A stretch of 64,000 bases of DNA from Corallococcus coralloides DSM 2259 (GCF_000255295.1 NC_017030.1:6294328-6358327); one strand, 5' to 3'; counted from the stretch's first letter, positions 46,735 to 58,338 are shown. Notes: generated by a model not told the origin, from the letters alone. Made by a program: numbers and translations.

Positions 46735-48063
46735 TCACGTGAACGTCCAGCGCAGCTTCTTGAGGCCGGCGCGAGCGTCGGCGTTGTCGGGATCCAGACG
46801 CGCGACCTCCTCGAAGTGGTGCTTGGCCTGCTTCTTCTGCCCCGCCACCAGGAGCACCTGGGCCAGGAGCAGCTGGTAGTCCGCGCGCCCCGGCTTCAGC
46901 TCCACCGCGCGCTGCGCGAGCTTCAGCACCTCCTGCGCGTCCTGCGCCAGCTCCCGCCCCACGCGCGCCGCCTGGAAGGCCGCCTCCGGGTTGTCCCCGT
47001 TGAGCGACACGGCCAGCTTGTACGCGGCCTGCGCGCCGGTGAAGTCGCCGCGCATCTCCAGCTCCTGGCCGCGCTCCACCTCCGCCTGCGCGCGCGCCAG
47101 GTCGTGCTTGCGGCGCGCCTCCACCAGCAGCTGCGCGACCTCGCGGTTCTTCGGGTCCAGGCCCAGCACGTGGTTGAACTCCTGGTACGCCCGCTCGAAG
47201 TCCCCGCGCGCGGTGGCCGCCCTGCCCCGGGCGATGAGCTCCGTGAGCTTGTGGCTGCGCGCCATGTACGGGTGGCGCGCCAGGCGGGCCTGGCGCTCGG
47301 CGCGGCGGGCCTCGGACTCCGTGTCCTCCGGGGGCGGCGCGGCGGGAGGCGGCACGGTGGCGAACGACCCCGACGGCGGGCGAGCGCCCGAAGCGGCCGG
47401 GGGCGACACCGCCGCGAAGCCGCCGCCAGACACCGTCCGAGGGAGCACGGCGGCCGGAGGAGGTGTCGTCGGAACGCGAGCGGGCGGGGCCGGGGGCGGC
47501 GTCGCGGAGGCGCGCGGCGGCTCCTGGCGGCTGAGGGCGTTGTGGGCGTCCGTGAGGCGCTTGAAGATGCGCTCCAGCCGGGCGCGGAAGCTGCCCAGGT
47601 TCTTGCCGAAGTAGCGGTCCGGGTGGAAGCGGCGGGACGCGTTGTAATACGCCTGCTTCACCTCCTGGGGACTGGCGCCCGGGGCCACGCCCAGCACCGC
47701 GTGGTGATCCATCTTCTCCAGCGAGCGCTCCATCTCGATGATGTCGCGCTTCTGGTCGGGCTCCAGGTCCACCTCCTCCGACAGGGCGGCGTCCACCACC
47801 GGGGCGACGGGCGGGGCGCGCTGCACGACGCGGGCGGGCACGATGGCCCCCTTGGCGCGCAGCGCCAGCAGCACGGCGATGGTGCGCGCCTCGCCCAGCG
47901 AGGAGCGGGACAGCACGGCGTCGATGCGCTCGACGCGGCCCACCAGCGCCAGCACGGAGCCCTCCTCCGGGCTGAGCTGGAGACGGGCCGGGTCCAGGTG
48001 GGGAACCGTGGCGATGTGGTCGGTCCTGCCCCCCAGGCCGACGATGGGGTTGGGCGCGCTCAA
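46735..48063 (-). CDS. J-domain protein with Pro-rich linker and C-terminal TPR repeats
   Basis: J-domain HHAVLGVAPGASPQEVKQAYYNASRRFHPDR. The Pro/Ala-rich linker is followed by TPR-like repeats. The N-terminal segment LSPEEGSVLALVGRVERIDAVLSRSSLGEARTIAVLLAL is shared with the C-terminus of the gene at 44089-44865. Confidence 0.75.
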   Translation of the reverse strand: MSAPNPIVGLGGRTDHIATVPHLDPARLQLSPEEGSVLALVGRVERIDAVLSRSSLGEARTIAVLLALRAKGAIVPARVVQRAPPVAPVVDAALSEEVDLEPDQKRDIIEMERSLEKMDHHAVLGVAPGASPQEVKQAYYNASRRFHPDRYFGKNLGSFRARLERIFKRLTDAHNALSRQEPPRASATPPPAPPARVPTTPPPAAVLPRTVSGGGFAAVSPPAASGARPPSGSFATVPPPAAPPPEDTESEARRAERQARLARHPYMARSHKLTELIARGRAATARGDFERAYQEFNHVLGLDPKNREVAQLLVEARRKHDLARAQAEVERGQELEMRGDFTGAQAAYKLAVSLNGDNPEAAFQAARVGRELAQDAQEVLKLAQRAVELKPGRADYQLLLAQVLLVAGQKKQAKHHFEEVARLDPDNADARAGLKKLRWTFT

Positions 48064-48156
48064 GGTGTCAGTTCCGCGGGCTGGCGAATCCCCAAGTGTA
48101 GGTGTCCGGGAAGCAGGGCGTCAAACCTCCCGGCACCGTCAAACCGCTCCCCCCTT

Positions 48157-49380
48157 CTACAGCGTGGCGAGGACACGCTGGAGGATGCCCAGCGCTTCGT
48201 CCAGCTCGCTCCGGGTGATGATGAGGGGCGGGGCGAACCGGAGCGTCACCTCCCCGGCGGAGTTCACCAGCAGGCCGGCCTCGCGCAGCTTCGCGATGAC
48301 GGGGGCGACCTCGCGGTCCAGCTCCACGCCCAACAGCAGCCCCTGCCCGCGCACGGCCTTGATGCGGCCTTCCGGCAGCGCCGCCTGGAGCGCGCGCGCG
48401 CCGGCGAGGAAGTGCTCCCCCTTGGCCTGGACCTCGGCCAGGAAGCCGGGCTCGCGCATCAGCCGCAGCACCACGTTGCCCGCGGCGGCGGACACCAGGT
48501 TGCCGCCGAAGGTGGAGCCGTGGGTGCCCGCGGAGAGGCTGACCGCCAGCTCCTCGCGGCAGAGCATGGCGCCCATGGGAAGCCCGTTGCCCAGCGCCTT
48601 GGCGATGCTGATGGCGTCCGGCCGGATGCCGTGGTGCATGAAGCCGAAGGGCTGGCCGGTGCGGCCCATGCCCGTCTGGACCTCGTCCACGAGCAAGAGC
48701 AGGCCCTGCTCGTCACAGAGGGCGCGCAGCCCCTGGAAGTAGCCCGGGGGCGCCATGCGCACGCCGCCCTCGCCCTGGATGGGCTCCACCAGGATGGCGG
48801 CGGTGGACGGCCCCACGGCGCGGCGCACCGCCTCCAGGTCGCCGAAGGGCAGGTGCCGGAAGCCCTGGGGCAGCGGCTCGAAGCCGGCGTGGTACTTCGG
48901 CTGGCCGGTGGCGGTGACGGTGGCCAGCGTGCGGCCGTGGAAGCTCTTCTCGAAGGTGAGGATCTCGAAGCGCTCGGGCTGGCCCCGGTCCTTCATCACC
49001 TTGCGGGTCAGCTTGATGAGGGCCTCGTTGGCCTCCGCGCCGGAGTTGCAGAAGAACGCGCGCGGCAGGCCCGCCCAGTCGGTGAGCTGCGCGGCCAGGT
49101 CGATCTGCGGCTGCGAGTAGAAGACGTTGGAGACGTGCCACAGCGTGTCCAGCTGCGCCTTGGCCGCCGCGACCACCTCCGGGTGGCAGTGGCCCAGCGC
49201 GCAGACGGCGATGCCGCCGATGCAGTCCAGGTACGCCTTGCCGTCCGCGTCCCACACCCGCGTCCCCTGCCCGCGCACCAGGGCAATGGGTTGCTGCTTG
49301 TAGTTCTGCAGCAGGTGCTGCTTCGCCTTCTGGATGAGGCTCTCGTTACCAGGGGCGGATGCGGGGGACGGCGTTTGCAA
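48157..49380 (-). CDS. argD: acetylornithine / class-III aminotransferase
   Basis: Class-III PLP aminotransferase motifs (LLVDEVQTGMGRTG, SIAKALGNGLPMGA). A TTG start at 49380 with GAGAGAGG upstream is proposed. The alternative at 49500 would overlap hslU. Confidence 0.8.
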   Translation of the reverse strand: MQTPSPASAPGNESLIQKAKQHLLQNYKQQPIALVRGQGTRVWDADGKAYLDCIGGIAVCALGHCHPEVVAAAKAQLDTLWHVSNVFYSQPQIDLAAQLTDWAGLPRAFFCNSGAEANEALIKLTRKVMKDRGQPERFEILTFEKSFHGRTLATVTATGQPKYHAGFEPLPQGFRHLPFGDLEAVRRAVGPSTAAILVEPIQGEGGVRMAPPGYFQGLRALCDEQGLLLLVDEVQTGMGRTGQPFGFMHHGIRPDAISIAKALGNGLPMGAMLCREELAVSLSAGTHGSTFGGNLVSAAAGNVVLRLMREPGFLAEVQAKGEHFLAGARALQAALPEGRIKAVRGQGLLLGVELDREVAPVIAKLREAGLLVNSAGEVTLRFAPPLIITRSELDEALGILQRVLATL

Positions 49381-49438
49381 GGTGGTGTACCTCTCTCTGC
49401 CTGATGACGCGGTGGGACGACGCGCGGACCCTAGCGCG

Positions 49439-50836
<1,398 letters not shown>

Positions 50837-50848
50837 GGGGCGGTCCTC

Positions 50849-51376
50849 TCAGAGCTCTTCGTAGGAGACGTTGGCGTTGGTGTAGACGCAGATGTCCGCG
50901 GCGATGGCCATGGCCTGCGTGCAGATGTCGCGGGCGGACAGGTTCGAGTGCGCCTGGAGGGCGCGCGCGGCGGCGAGGGCGTAGTGGCCCCCGCTGCCCA
51001 CGGCGGCGATGCCGTGGTCCGGTTCGATGACGTCACCCGCGCCGGACAGGATGAAGGTCTTCTCCTTGTCCGCGACGATGAGCAGCGCCTCCAGGCGGCG
51101 GAGGAAGCGGTCGGTGCGCCAGTCCTTGCCCAGCTCCACGCAGGCGCGGGCCAGGTTCTTCTGGTGCTCCTTGAGCTTGGCCTCGAAGCGCTCGAAGAGG
51201 GTGAAGGCGTCCGCGGTGCTGCCGGCGAAGCCGGCGAGCACCTGCCCCTCGCCGAGCTTGCGCACCTTGCGCGCCGTGTTCTTCATGATGGTCTTGTCGA
51301 GGCTGACCTGGCCGTCGCCCGCGATGACGACCTTCCCGTCGCGGCGGACGCAGAGGATGGTGGTTCCGTGGAACAT
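50849..51376 (-). CDS. hslV: ATP-dependent protease proteolytic subunit HslV
   Basis: [25 protein letters not shown]-terminal Thr protease signature. Confidence 0.92.
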   Translation of the reverse strand: MFHGTTILCVRRDGKVVIAGDGQVSLDKTIMKNTARKVRKLGEGQVLAGFAGSTADAFTLFERFEAKLKEHQKNLARACVELGKDWRTDRFLRRLEALLIVADKEKTFILSGAGDVIEPDHGIAAVGSGGHYALAAARALQAHSNLSARDICTQAMAIAADICVYTNANVSYEEL

Positions 51377-51456
51377 GACCGGGGGTTTAACAAGACCACC
51401 CGGCCGCGACCCACAAAAACCGCGCGGCTGTCCGCTCCCTCACCCTGCGAAGGCGC

Positions 51457-51879
51457 TCAGGCCGCGGTCGCTTTCATCCAGCGCCCCACAAGCTTAACCA
51501 GGAGGCCCTTCTTCGCCTTCACCGTCTTCGCGTCCGGCAGCGTCACCACGCCCCGGTCCGGGGCCAGCCACTCCACCAGGCCCGAGTCGTCCTCGAAGGC
51601 AAAGCCCTTCGTGTCCTTCACCTTGGCGCCCCGGTGGAGGATGACCTGGAAGATGCCCTTGGGGGCCAGGCGGAACGTCACGCGGTCATCCCCCGAGTGC
51701 ACGAAGCTGGGGGCCTTCCATTTGATCCGCTCGGTGATGCTGTCGTCGGAGGCCAGGATGGCCGCGCGCACGGCTTGAATCTCCGGCTTCAGCGGGTGCT
51801 CGAGCTCCGCCATGAACTGCTCGACTTCATCGCTACGGTTGGCCACGGCCTCACCTTTCCGATGATTCACTGTCGTCAC
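51457..51879 (-). CDS. DUF1801 (YdhG-like) domain protein
   Basis: FMAELEHPLKPEIQAVRAAILASDDSITERIKWKAPSF matches the YdhG/DUF1801 pattern. Confidence 0.65.
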   Translation of the reverse strand: MTTVNHRKGEAVANRSDEVEQFMAELEHPLKPEIQAVRAAILASDDSITERIKWKAPSFVHSGDDRVTFRLAPKGIFQVILHRGAKVKDTKGFAFEDDSGLVEWLAPDRGVVTLPDAKTVKAKKGLLVKLVGRWMKATAA

Positions 51880-52050
51880 CAGGGGCAGCCAGCAACAAGG
51901 CTCTCATTCCTCTCATGTGCTTGAAAAAAATGCAAAGACATTACAAATTCAGCAACACCCAGGAAAACCCTTTCAATTGCTGGCACGGAGACATAGCCTG
52001 CCGGTTCTTGAGGTCCGGGACCTCGTTCATCTCAACCAGGGAGATCAAGA

Positions 52051-52458
52051 ATGAATTCACAGTTCATGGGGACGGCAATTGCTTCACTCCTGTTCGTCGC
52101 GTGTGGGGCCCCCGAGGGTGACGTCGCAGGCCAGGAGATTGGCGCGATCGAGCAGAAGTCAATTGCTGGTGAGCCGCTCGTCTCGGGTTGGCAGAACGGC
52201 GATTGGATTCAGACCATCTACGCGGACGGGAATGGCTATATCACCCAGCGAGGCCCTGGCTTCGACTGCTGGAGTGTAGGAGACAAGAGTTTCCGCAACC
52301 TGGTGAAGACGGGAACCAATTCCTATTCGGGTGAGTGTGGCCTCTGCAGTGGACTCAGCGTGACCTGGCACTCCGTCGCAATCGTTGTCTCCTCGGATGG
52401 GCTTTGGATGACGGAGACCTGCGGGGGCTCAACCTCGTCCTGGTACAAGGTTCCCTAA
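52051..52458 (+). CDS. small lipoprotein of unknown function inside a low-GC islet
   Basis: RBS AGGGAG. Lipobox LFVAC. Codons are A/T-enriched (AAT, ATT, TCA, GGT). The upstream 170 bp are conspicuously AT-rich, with TTGAAA-15nt-TACAAA promoter-like elements. Confidence 0.55.
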   Translation: MNSQFMGTAIASLLFVACGAPEGDVAGQEIGAIEQKSIAGEPLVSGWQNGDWIQTIYADGNGYITQRGPGFDCWSVGDKSFRNLVKTGTNSYSGECGLCSGLSVTWHSVAIVVSSDGLWMTETCGGSTSSWYKVP

Positions 52459-52480
52459 ACCAACGGTCATGAATCTCAAA

Positions 52481-52507
52481 CGACCTCAGGCACTGCGCCT
52501 GAGGTCG
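52481..52507 (+). other. perfect 11-bp-stem hairpin (CGACCTCAGGC actgc GCCTGAGGTCG)
   Basis: It lies directly after the lipoprotein TAA stop and next to the integrase fragment. No clear T-tract follows on either strand. Confidence 0.4.
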
Positions 52508-52669
52508 ACTCGGCTGATTGAGTCGGGCTCCAGAGATACAGCGTGCGCGTAGGCATCGGAAGGTCGGCCGTCTTCCGCCATTCCCAGACAGATTGCGTAT
52601 CCTGCGTGCGCTGGTTTGATTTCGCTCTGCTTTGTCCGTCACGCGAAACGGACGCGCATGGGTTTCTGC

Positions 52670-52898
52670 TCCGGGGCGTGAGGCGCCCGCCGCGGAAGTT
52701 GAGGAACAGCGCGTCCGGGTCCTGCCCGTCATGCACCGTCGCCAGCAGCTCGCCGCGCCGCTCCTTGCTGCCCTTGCCCATCACCCGGACGATGCGGCTG
52801 CTGCGCTCCACGCCCAGGAGGTCCAGGCCGCACAGCTCGCTGATGCGCAGGCCTCCGCCGTACAGCATCTCCAGGATGGCCTTGTCGCGCAGCCCCAG
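52670..52898 (-). pseudogene. internal fragment of a tyrosine recombinase / phage-type integrase (box I region only)
   Basis: LGLRDKAILEMLYGGGLRISELCGLDLLGVERSSRIVRVMGKGSKER..ALFLNFRGGRLTPRS closely parallels XerD residues around the catalytic Arg of box I. The N-terminal core-binding domain is absent, and so are the C-terminal HxxR and Tyr motifs. Confidence 0.7.
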
Positions 52899-52986
52899 CA
52901 CCGGCAGCGGGGACAGGGTCGACATGGTCGGGGAAGCCTGGGGGCTCCCCGAGCCTCGCAAGATTCGCGTCGCTCCGCGAGCCCGC

Positions 52987-55254
52987 CTACTTCGCGGGCG
53001 CCGGAGCGGGCGTGACTGGCACCACGGGAACGGCCCCCGCCGGCAGCTCGGTGGGCACCAGCTTGGGCAGGAGCACGCGGCAGGCGTCCTCGGACAGCCA
53101 GTGGTACGTGCACAGCCACTCCGTGACGGGCACGCGCACCTGCCAGCCCAGCACGAAGAGGATGAGCAGCGTGAGCCCCAGGCGGGCGCCCAGCGACATG
53201 CGCTCCGCCTCGTCGTCGTCCTGCGTGTGGCGCAGCGCCCCGCGCACCAGGTCCACGTGGTCCACGCGCGCGTTGCTCGGCAGCTTCGGCTTGCGGGTGA
53301 TGAGCGTCGCCACGCCGCGCGTGAGCATCAACCGGTCATTGAGCGCCCAGCCGGAGCCTTCCAGCAGCAGCGCCAGGTTGCGCCTACGCAGCTTCAGCCA
53401 GCCCAGCAGACCCGCGGGCGCCATCACCACGATGGCCAGGATGGTCGCCGCGGTGATGACGTCCACCAGCGTGAGCGACTTCACCTGCGTGAGGATGAAC
53501 GCCAACGAAGAGCCCAGCGCCGCGAACGCGATGCCGCCCGCCGCGAGCACGCCCGCGATGCCGCCTCCCGCCGGAGCCGCCGCGGGCGCCGCAGCGGCCG
53601 CCGGGGCCGCCGGGGGCGGAGGCGCCGTCACCGTCTGCTTGTAGCCGGACTCCAGCGACGCATCGAAGTCCTTCTCCCCGGACGCGGCCAGGCCCTCCAC
53701 CTTGCTGGTGATGAACGCGCCGATGCGCATGAACGGCATGGTCATCGACTCCCAGAGCGACACGGGCTGCCGGATGACCTGCGTGACGATGGCGTCACTC
53801 TCCTTGCCGTCCACGTCGTAGAACACGCCGCGCTTGCCCACGACGAGCTCCGTGCTGCGGCCGGAGGTGACGGGCACCGCCACCTCGTAGCCGTCCGTCG
53901 CGTCGCGCGGCAGCACCTTCACGTAGAGGATGCAGGTGGTCCCCTGCCCCGTCAGCGCCGCGTGCGCCGCGCGGTCCGTCACCAGCACGGACAGCGTGTA
54001 CTTGCGCCCCGCGAGGATCAGCGTGCCCCGCTCCATCAGCGCCCGCCGCTTGGGCAGGTACAGGTTGGGCATGCTGATGAAGTTGTTGGCGAACTGCAGC
54101 AGCCAGCGCTGGTACAGCACCAGCCGCTCCAGCTCCGCGATGACGTCCAGCGTGGGCTTGAGCGACAGGTCCTCGCGGCTCACCGCCTCCAGCGCGTCCA
54201 GCTCCTCGTCCGACACGGTGCCCAGCGTGTCCGCCACCGCGTGCAGCGGGCTCGCGTCGCGCTTCGCCTGCCAGGCGAGGATGGCCTCCGCCTTCGCGGA
54301 CAGCTCGCGCCAGGCCGTGTCCGTCAGCTTCACGCCGTCGCCCAGCAGCGGCGTCGCCACCTCCTGGTGGAAGGCTTCCAGCTTCTCGTAGCCCGCGCCG
54401 CGGTACAGCCGCGCCCACACCAGCACGCCAGACGGATCCGGCGGCGCGATGGGCAGCTCGTTCGCGGCCTTCCCCATGGCGCCCAAATCACCCAGCGCGC
54501 CCTCCACGCGGTCCGCGCGCAGGCGCAGGCTGGCGGCGGCCTCCGGCTGCGCGGCCACCAGCCGGCACTGCACGAAATAGCCTTCCAGCAGCGGCGCCAC
54601 GTCGTGCACGCGCTTCGCCTGCTCCAGGCTCGCCGTGCCCCAGGTGAACACGGAGTCCTTGCCACCCAGGTGCGCGAGCAGGGCCGCGCGCTCCTCGCGG
54701 AAGCGCTTCACCAGGCCCACGTCCACGCCCGCCAGGCCCGCGCGGTTCGTCACCTGCGGGAAGGCCGCGATGATGGACTGGGCCAGGGGTCGCAGCCGCT
54801 CCGGCAGCGACACAGGCGCGATGAGGCCGTCGCCGTTCTTGCCCGCGTCGCGCAGCGCCTTGTCGCTGGTGCGCAGCTGCTCCAGCGACAGCTTCGTGGT
54901 GTCCGGGGCGTTGAGCGTGCGCAGCACCAGCTCCGCCGCGGCCTTCAAGTTGTCCGCGGTGTCGGAGAGCGCCGAAAGCTCCAGCACGTCGCTGCCCGCG
55001 TCCGCGCCCTTGCGGTCCTTCAGCCGCGCCGCCGTCCAGTCCACCGCCGCGCGCAGCTCCTCCACGCGGATGCGCCGGTTGCCGTCCGCGTCCATCAGCG
55101 TGAGGAAGCGCGGATCACACGCGATGCCCTCCAGGGGGCACGCAAGCGCCATCCACTGAGTGGCGGGGATCCTCACCGCCTCGGTGAGGGTGTTGAAGTC
55201 AGGGATATCGACCTGGAGCGAGCCGCCGTAGCGGCGATAGACGAGCTGTGCCAT
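52987..55254 (-). CDS. large hypothetical protein (about 755 aa) with Pro/Ala-rich linker and C-terminal membrane helices
   Basis: GC3-biased frame. The opposite-strand ORF is Arg-rich junk. The PPPPAAPAAAAAPAAAPAGGG linker is followed by 2-3 TM helices. There is no recognisable domain. It is the last gene of the trmFO / TolB-like operon. A GTG alternative start is at 55293. Confidence 0.6.
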   Translation of the reverse strand: MAQLVYRRYGGSLQVDIPDFNTLTEAVRIPATQWMALACPLEGIACDPRFLTLMDADGNRRIRVEELRAAVDWTAARLKDRKGADAGSDVLELSALSDTADNLKAAAELVLRTLNAPDTTKLSLEQLRTSDKALRDAGKNGDGLIAPVSLPERLRPLAQSIIAAFPQVTNRAGLAGVDVGLVKRFREERAALLAHLGGKDSVFTWGTASLEQAKRVHDVAPLLEGYFVQCRLVAAQPEAAASLRLRADRVEGALGDLGAMGKAANELPIAPPDPSGVLVWARLYRGAGYEKLEAFHQEVATPLLGDGVKLTDTAWRELSAKAEAILAWQAKRDASPLHAVADTLGTVSDEELDALEAVSREDLSLKPTLDVIAELERLVLYQRWLLQFANNFISMPNLYLPKRRALMERGTLILAGRKYTLSVLVTDRAAHAALTGQGTTCILYVKVLPRDATDGYEVAVPVTSGRSTELVVGKRGVFYDVDGKESDAIVTQVIRQPVSLWESMTMPFMRIGAFITSKVEGLAASGEKDFDASLESGYKQTVTAPPPPAAPAAAAAPAAAPAGGGIAGVLAAGGIAFAALGSSLAFILTQVKSLTLVDVITAATILAIVVMAPAGLLGWLKLRRRNLALLLEGSGWALNDRLMLTRGVATLITRKPKLPSNARVDHVDLVRGALRHTQDDDEAERMSLGARLGLTLLILFVLGWQVRVPVTEWLCTYHWLSEDACRVLLPKLVPTELPAGAVPVVPVTPAPAPAK

Positions 55255-55357
55255 TCGGCGCGCGAAGACAGCACACCCCGTCCGGGTGTGCACGCCTCAA
55301 CATCACGCCGCGCCCGGGAAGGAAGGCCCGGGCGGCCTCCCTTCCCTGGGTCACCCG

Positions 55358-56977
55358 CTACTGCGCGGTGGCGACGGCGCTGTACACGCCGGGGTTCTGC
55401 CCCTGGCCGATGATGTAGACGGCCCGCGCGTCATCCTTGCCCGCGAAGTACACGGGCACCTGCACGCCCTGGTCGAGCGTCTTCCGCGCCCCCGACTTCA
55501 CGTCGTAGACGGCCACGTCGTAGGTGTCCGAGTCCATGCGCGCGTACGTCGCGAGCACGCGAGCTCCGTCCTCGGAGATCTTGTAGCTGAAGATGCCCTG
55601 CATCCACGTCTTCGCCTCGGCCTGCTTCTCCTTCAGGTCCACGGCCTTGAAGTCGCACGCGCGGCCATTGCGGATGCAGTTGGTGCGGAACACCACCGCG
55701 CTGTTGTTCGGCGCGAAGCCGTAGCCGAACACGCCCGCCTGCACCTTCTCCGCCTTCTCCTGGCCCAGCGCGTACAGCATCAGGTCCACGGAGAACACCG
55801 GCTTCAGGAAGCGCGACAGGAACGCCACGTAGCGGCTGTCCGAGCCCCACACGAAGTTGGGCACGCGGTCCCCCACGCGCCTGGGCGCGCCGTCCGGCAG
55901 CGACGCCACGGCGAGGCCCCCCGCGCGCGACGGCTGGTCATACTTCTCCAGGAAGGCCACCGCCTTGGAGTCCGGCGCGAACGCCAGCTCCTCCACGGCC
56001 TCGCCCACCTTGCGCCCCGCGCCTCCGGACGCCGGGCCCACGTGCAGGTCGCCCAACTGCTCCGGCTTGCCGTTCTCCGTGCGCGCCAGCCACTGGCCAT
56101 CCGGCGAGAAGCTGAAGTTCTTCGTGCCCGTGGCCAGCTTCGTGCCCTTCAGCGCGGGCAGGTCCGCCAGGTACAGGTCATACATCCCGCGCACGGCCTC
56201 GCTGCGCACCTGGTAGGCCACGTGCTTGCCGTCGGAGGACACCTGGTAGTCGCCCACCTGATCCGCCAGCTTGCGCGGCGCTTCCGTGGAGCCCACCGTC
56301 ACCGCCGCCAGCCCACCCGCGGCCGACAGCCGGCGCTTGAAGAGCAGCGTCTTGCCGTCCGGAGTGAACTGCGCGGTGCTCACCTCGCCCGCCACGTCCT
56401 GGAACGGCCCCTGCGGCAGCTTGCCCAGCTTCAGCGTGCCCGCATCCACGAAGGCCACGTGCACACCGTCCGGGGACGGCAGCAGGTAGCTCACCGCCGT
56501 GCCCAGTTTCACCGGTGCCGCGGCCATGTCCGCGAGCGCCAGCACGTTCAACTCACCGGACTGCGAAGCCGGGTTGTAGCCCGTCACGTACAACAGGTGC
56601 TTCGAGTCCTGGGTGAACAGCAGGCTGCCCGGCACGTTCGTCACGCCGTCGCCCAGCGCGCGCACGTTGCCGCCCGTCACCGGCACGACGTACAGCGAGC
56701 CCACCAGCATCTGCGGCGGGATGCCGTCCAGCCGGGGCTTCTGCCCGTTGAGAAGGAACGAGGCGTACTGCCCGTCCGGCGACAGGCGCAGGTCCGCCGC
56801 GCGCCCCGGCACGAGCAACTGCCCCTGCCCGCCCACCACCGCAGTGCCCTTCGCCGCGCTACGGACCGTGTCTCCCTGCGCGGCGCTGCGCTGGGAGGGC
56901 GCGGCGTTGTCCTCGCCCTTCTTGCACCCCGACACCGCCAGCAGGGCCACCAGGCCCACCATCCCGGTTCGCTTCAT
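55358..56977 (-). CDS. TolB-like beta-propeller (PD40 repeat) lipoprotein
   Basis: Lipoprotein signal [18 protein letters not shown]. Repeated SPDGQ / TPDGK / SSDGK / SPDGQW / APDSK PD40-type units. The ATG overlaps the trmFO stop as ATGA. Confidence 0.75.
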   Translation of the reverse strand: MKRTGMVGLVALLAVSGCKKGEDNAAPSQRSAAQGDTVRSAAKGTAVVGGQGQLLVPGRAADLRLSPDGQYASFLLNGQKPRLDGIPPQMLVGSLYVVPVTGGNVRALGDGVTNVPGSLLFTQDSKHLLYVTGYNPASQSGELNVLALADMAAAPVKLGTAVSYLLPSPDGVHVAFVDAGTLKLGKLPQGPFQDVAGEVSTAQFTPDGKTLLFKRRLSAAGGLAAVTVGSTEAPRKLADQVGDYQVSSDGKHVAYQVRSEAVRGMYDLYLADLPALKGTKLATGTKNFSFSPDGQWLARTENGKPEQLGDLHVGPASGGAGRKVGEAVEELAFAPDSKAVAFLEKYDQPSRAGGLAVASLPDGAPRRVGDRVPNFVWGSDSRYVAFLSRFLKPVFSVDLMLYALGQEKAEKVQAGVFGYGFAPNNSAVVFRTNCIRNGRACDFKAVDLKEKQAEAKTWMQGIFSYKISEDGARVLATYARMDSDTYDVAVYDVKSGARKTLDQGVQVPVYFAGKDDARAVYIIGQGQNPGVYSAVATAQ

Positions 56978-58338
56978 GCGCTCGTCTGTCCTTCCGTCTG
57001 GGCGACAACGCCCGCGAGTGGCAGCCAGGCCGCCAGGTCCTGCTTCGCCCGCGCCGAGTAGGCCGCGCGCTTGTCCGCCTTCTTCATCCGCCCGGACAGC
57101 GGCGGGAACAGGCCGTAGATGACGTTGGTGGGCTGGTGCGGGTGATCCGGCGGGTGCGCTTCCCCGGTGAGGTGCCGGTACAGCGACCCCAGCGCCGTCG
57201 TGGCCGGGGGCGGCACGAACGCACCGCCCGTCAGCCGCGCGTGCACCGCCAGCGCCACCATGTAGCCGCACGCCGCGCTCTCCACGTAGCCCTCCACGCC
57301 CGTCACCTGTCCCGCGAAGAACACCCGCCGCTCCGTCTTCAACGACAGGTCCTCCGCCAGGAGGCGGGGCGAGTCGATGAACGTGTTGCGGTGGATCTGC
57401 CCCATCCGCAGGAAGTCCGCATTCTGGAGGCCCGGGATGCACGTGCTGAAGATGCGCTTCTGTTCACCCCAGGTCAGACGCGTCTGGAAGCCCACCATGT
57501 TCCACGCCGTGCCCGCCCGGTCCTCCATGCGCAGCTGCACCACCGCGTACGGATCCTGCCCCGTGCGCGGGTCCTTCAGCCCCACGGGCTTCATGGGCCC
57601 GTAGGCCAGCGTGTCGTCGCCGCGCTCGGCCATCACTTCGATGGGCAGACACCCTTCGAAGTATTTCGGTTCCTCGAAGCTGTGCGGCACCACCTTCTGC
57701 CCTGCCTTCACCTCCTGGACGAAGCGGTAGTACTCGTCCTTCGTCATGGGCAGGTTGAGGTAGTCATCCCCCCCGCCCTTGCCGTAGCGGCTCTGGCGGA
57801 ACGCGATGTCCATGTCGATGGAGTCACCGGACAGGATGGGCGCGATGGAGTCGTAGAAGTAGAGCTTCGTGCCCACGTGGCGCTCCAGGTCCGCCGTGAG
57901 CGCCTCCGACGTCAGCGGCCCCGTGGCCACCACCACCACGCCGTCCTCCGGCAGCCGCTCCACCTCACCGCCGACAATCTCCACGCCCGCGCCGGACACC
58001 AGCCGGGTGGTGATTTCCCGCGAGAAGCCCTCGCGCTCCACCGCCAGCGCGTCGCCCGCGGGCACGCGGTGCAGATCCGCGCTGGAGAGCACCAGCGAAC
58101 CCAGCGCGCGCAGCTCCGCGTGCAAGAGGCCAATGGCGCTCTCCGGGTTGTCCGAGCGCAACGAGTTGCTGCACACCAGCTCCGCGAGCGTGTCCGACTT
58201 GTGCGCCGGGGAGCGCTTGTGCGGCTTCATCTCCCGCAGCACCACCGGCACGCCGCGCCGCGCCAGCTGATACGCGCACTCCGTCCCCGCCAGGCCGCCA
58301 CCAATCACCGTCACCCGCTGCTGCTTCACGTCCGACAT
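56974..58338 (-). CDS. trmFO: methylenetetrahydrofolate--tRNA-(uracil54-C5)-methyltransferase TrmFO
   Basis: N-terminal FAD motif [14 protein letters not shown] and the TrmFO/Gid family core. GGAGG RBS before the ATG at 58338. Confidence 0.9.
   Translation of the reverse strand: MSDVKQQRVTVIGGGLAGTECAYQLARRGVPVVLREMKPHKRSPAHKSDTLAELVCSNSLRSDNPESAIGLLHAELRALGSLVLSSADLHRVPAGDALAVEREGFSREITTRLVSGAGVEIVGGEVERLPEDGVVVVATGPLTSEALTADLERHVGTKLYFYDSIAPILSGDSIDMDIAFRQSRYGKGGGDDYLNLPMTKDEYYRFVQEVKAGQKVVPHSFEEPKYFEGCLPIEVMAERGDDTLAYGPMKPVGLKDPRTGQDPYAVVQLRMEDRAGTAWNMVGFQTRLTWGEQKRIFSTCIPGLQNADFLRMGQIHRNTFIDSPRLLAEDLSLKTERRVFFAGQVTGVEGYVESAACGYMVALAVHARLTGGAFVPPPATTALGSLYRHLTGEAHPPDHPHQPTNVIYGLFPPLSGRMKKADKRAAYSARAKQDLAAWLPLAGVVAQTEGQTSA

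Noticed and set aside
44230-49404. 1724-aa plus-strand ORF
   Set aside because: It is antisense to the Hsp70, J-protein, argD and hslU genes. It has no domain signatures.
51880-52960. tRNA or tmRNA integration target next to the integrase fragment
   Set aside because: No T-arm (GGTTCGA(A/G)TCC) plus acceptor-CCA pattern could be recognised by eye on either strand. This cannot be excluded without tRNAscan or Infernal.
52543-55413. 956-aa plus-strand ORF
   Set aside because: Its translation is Arg/His/Gln-rich junk. The minus-strand frame has GC3 bias and a coherent domain layout (linker plus TM helices), so the minus-strand gene is preferred.
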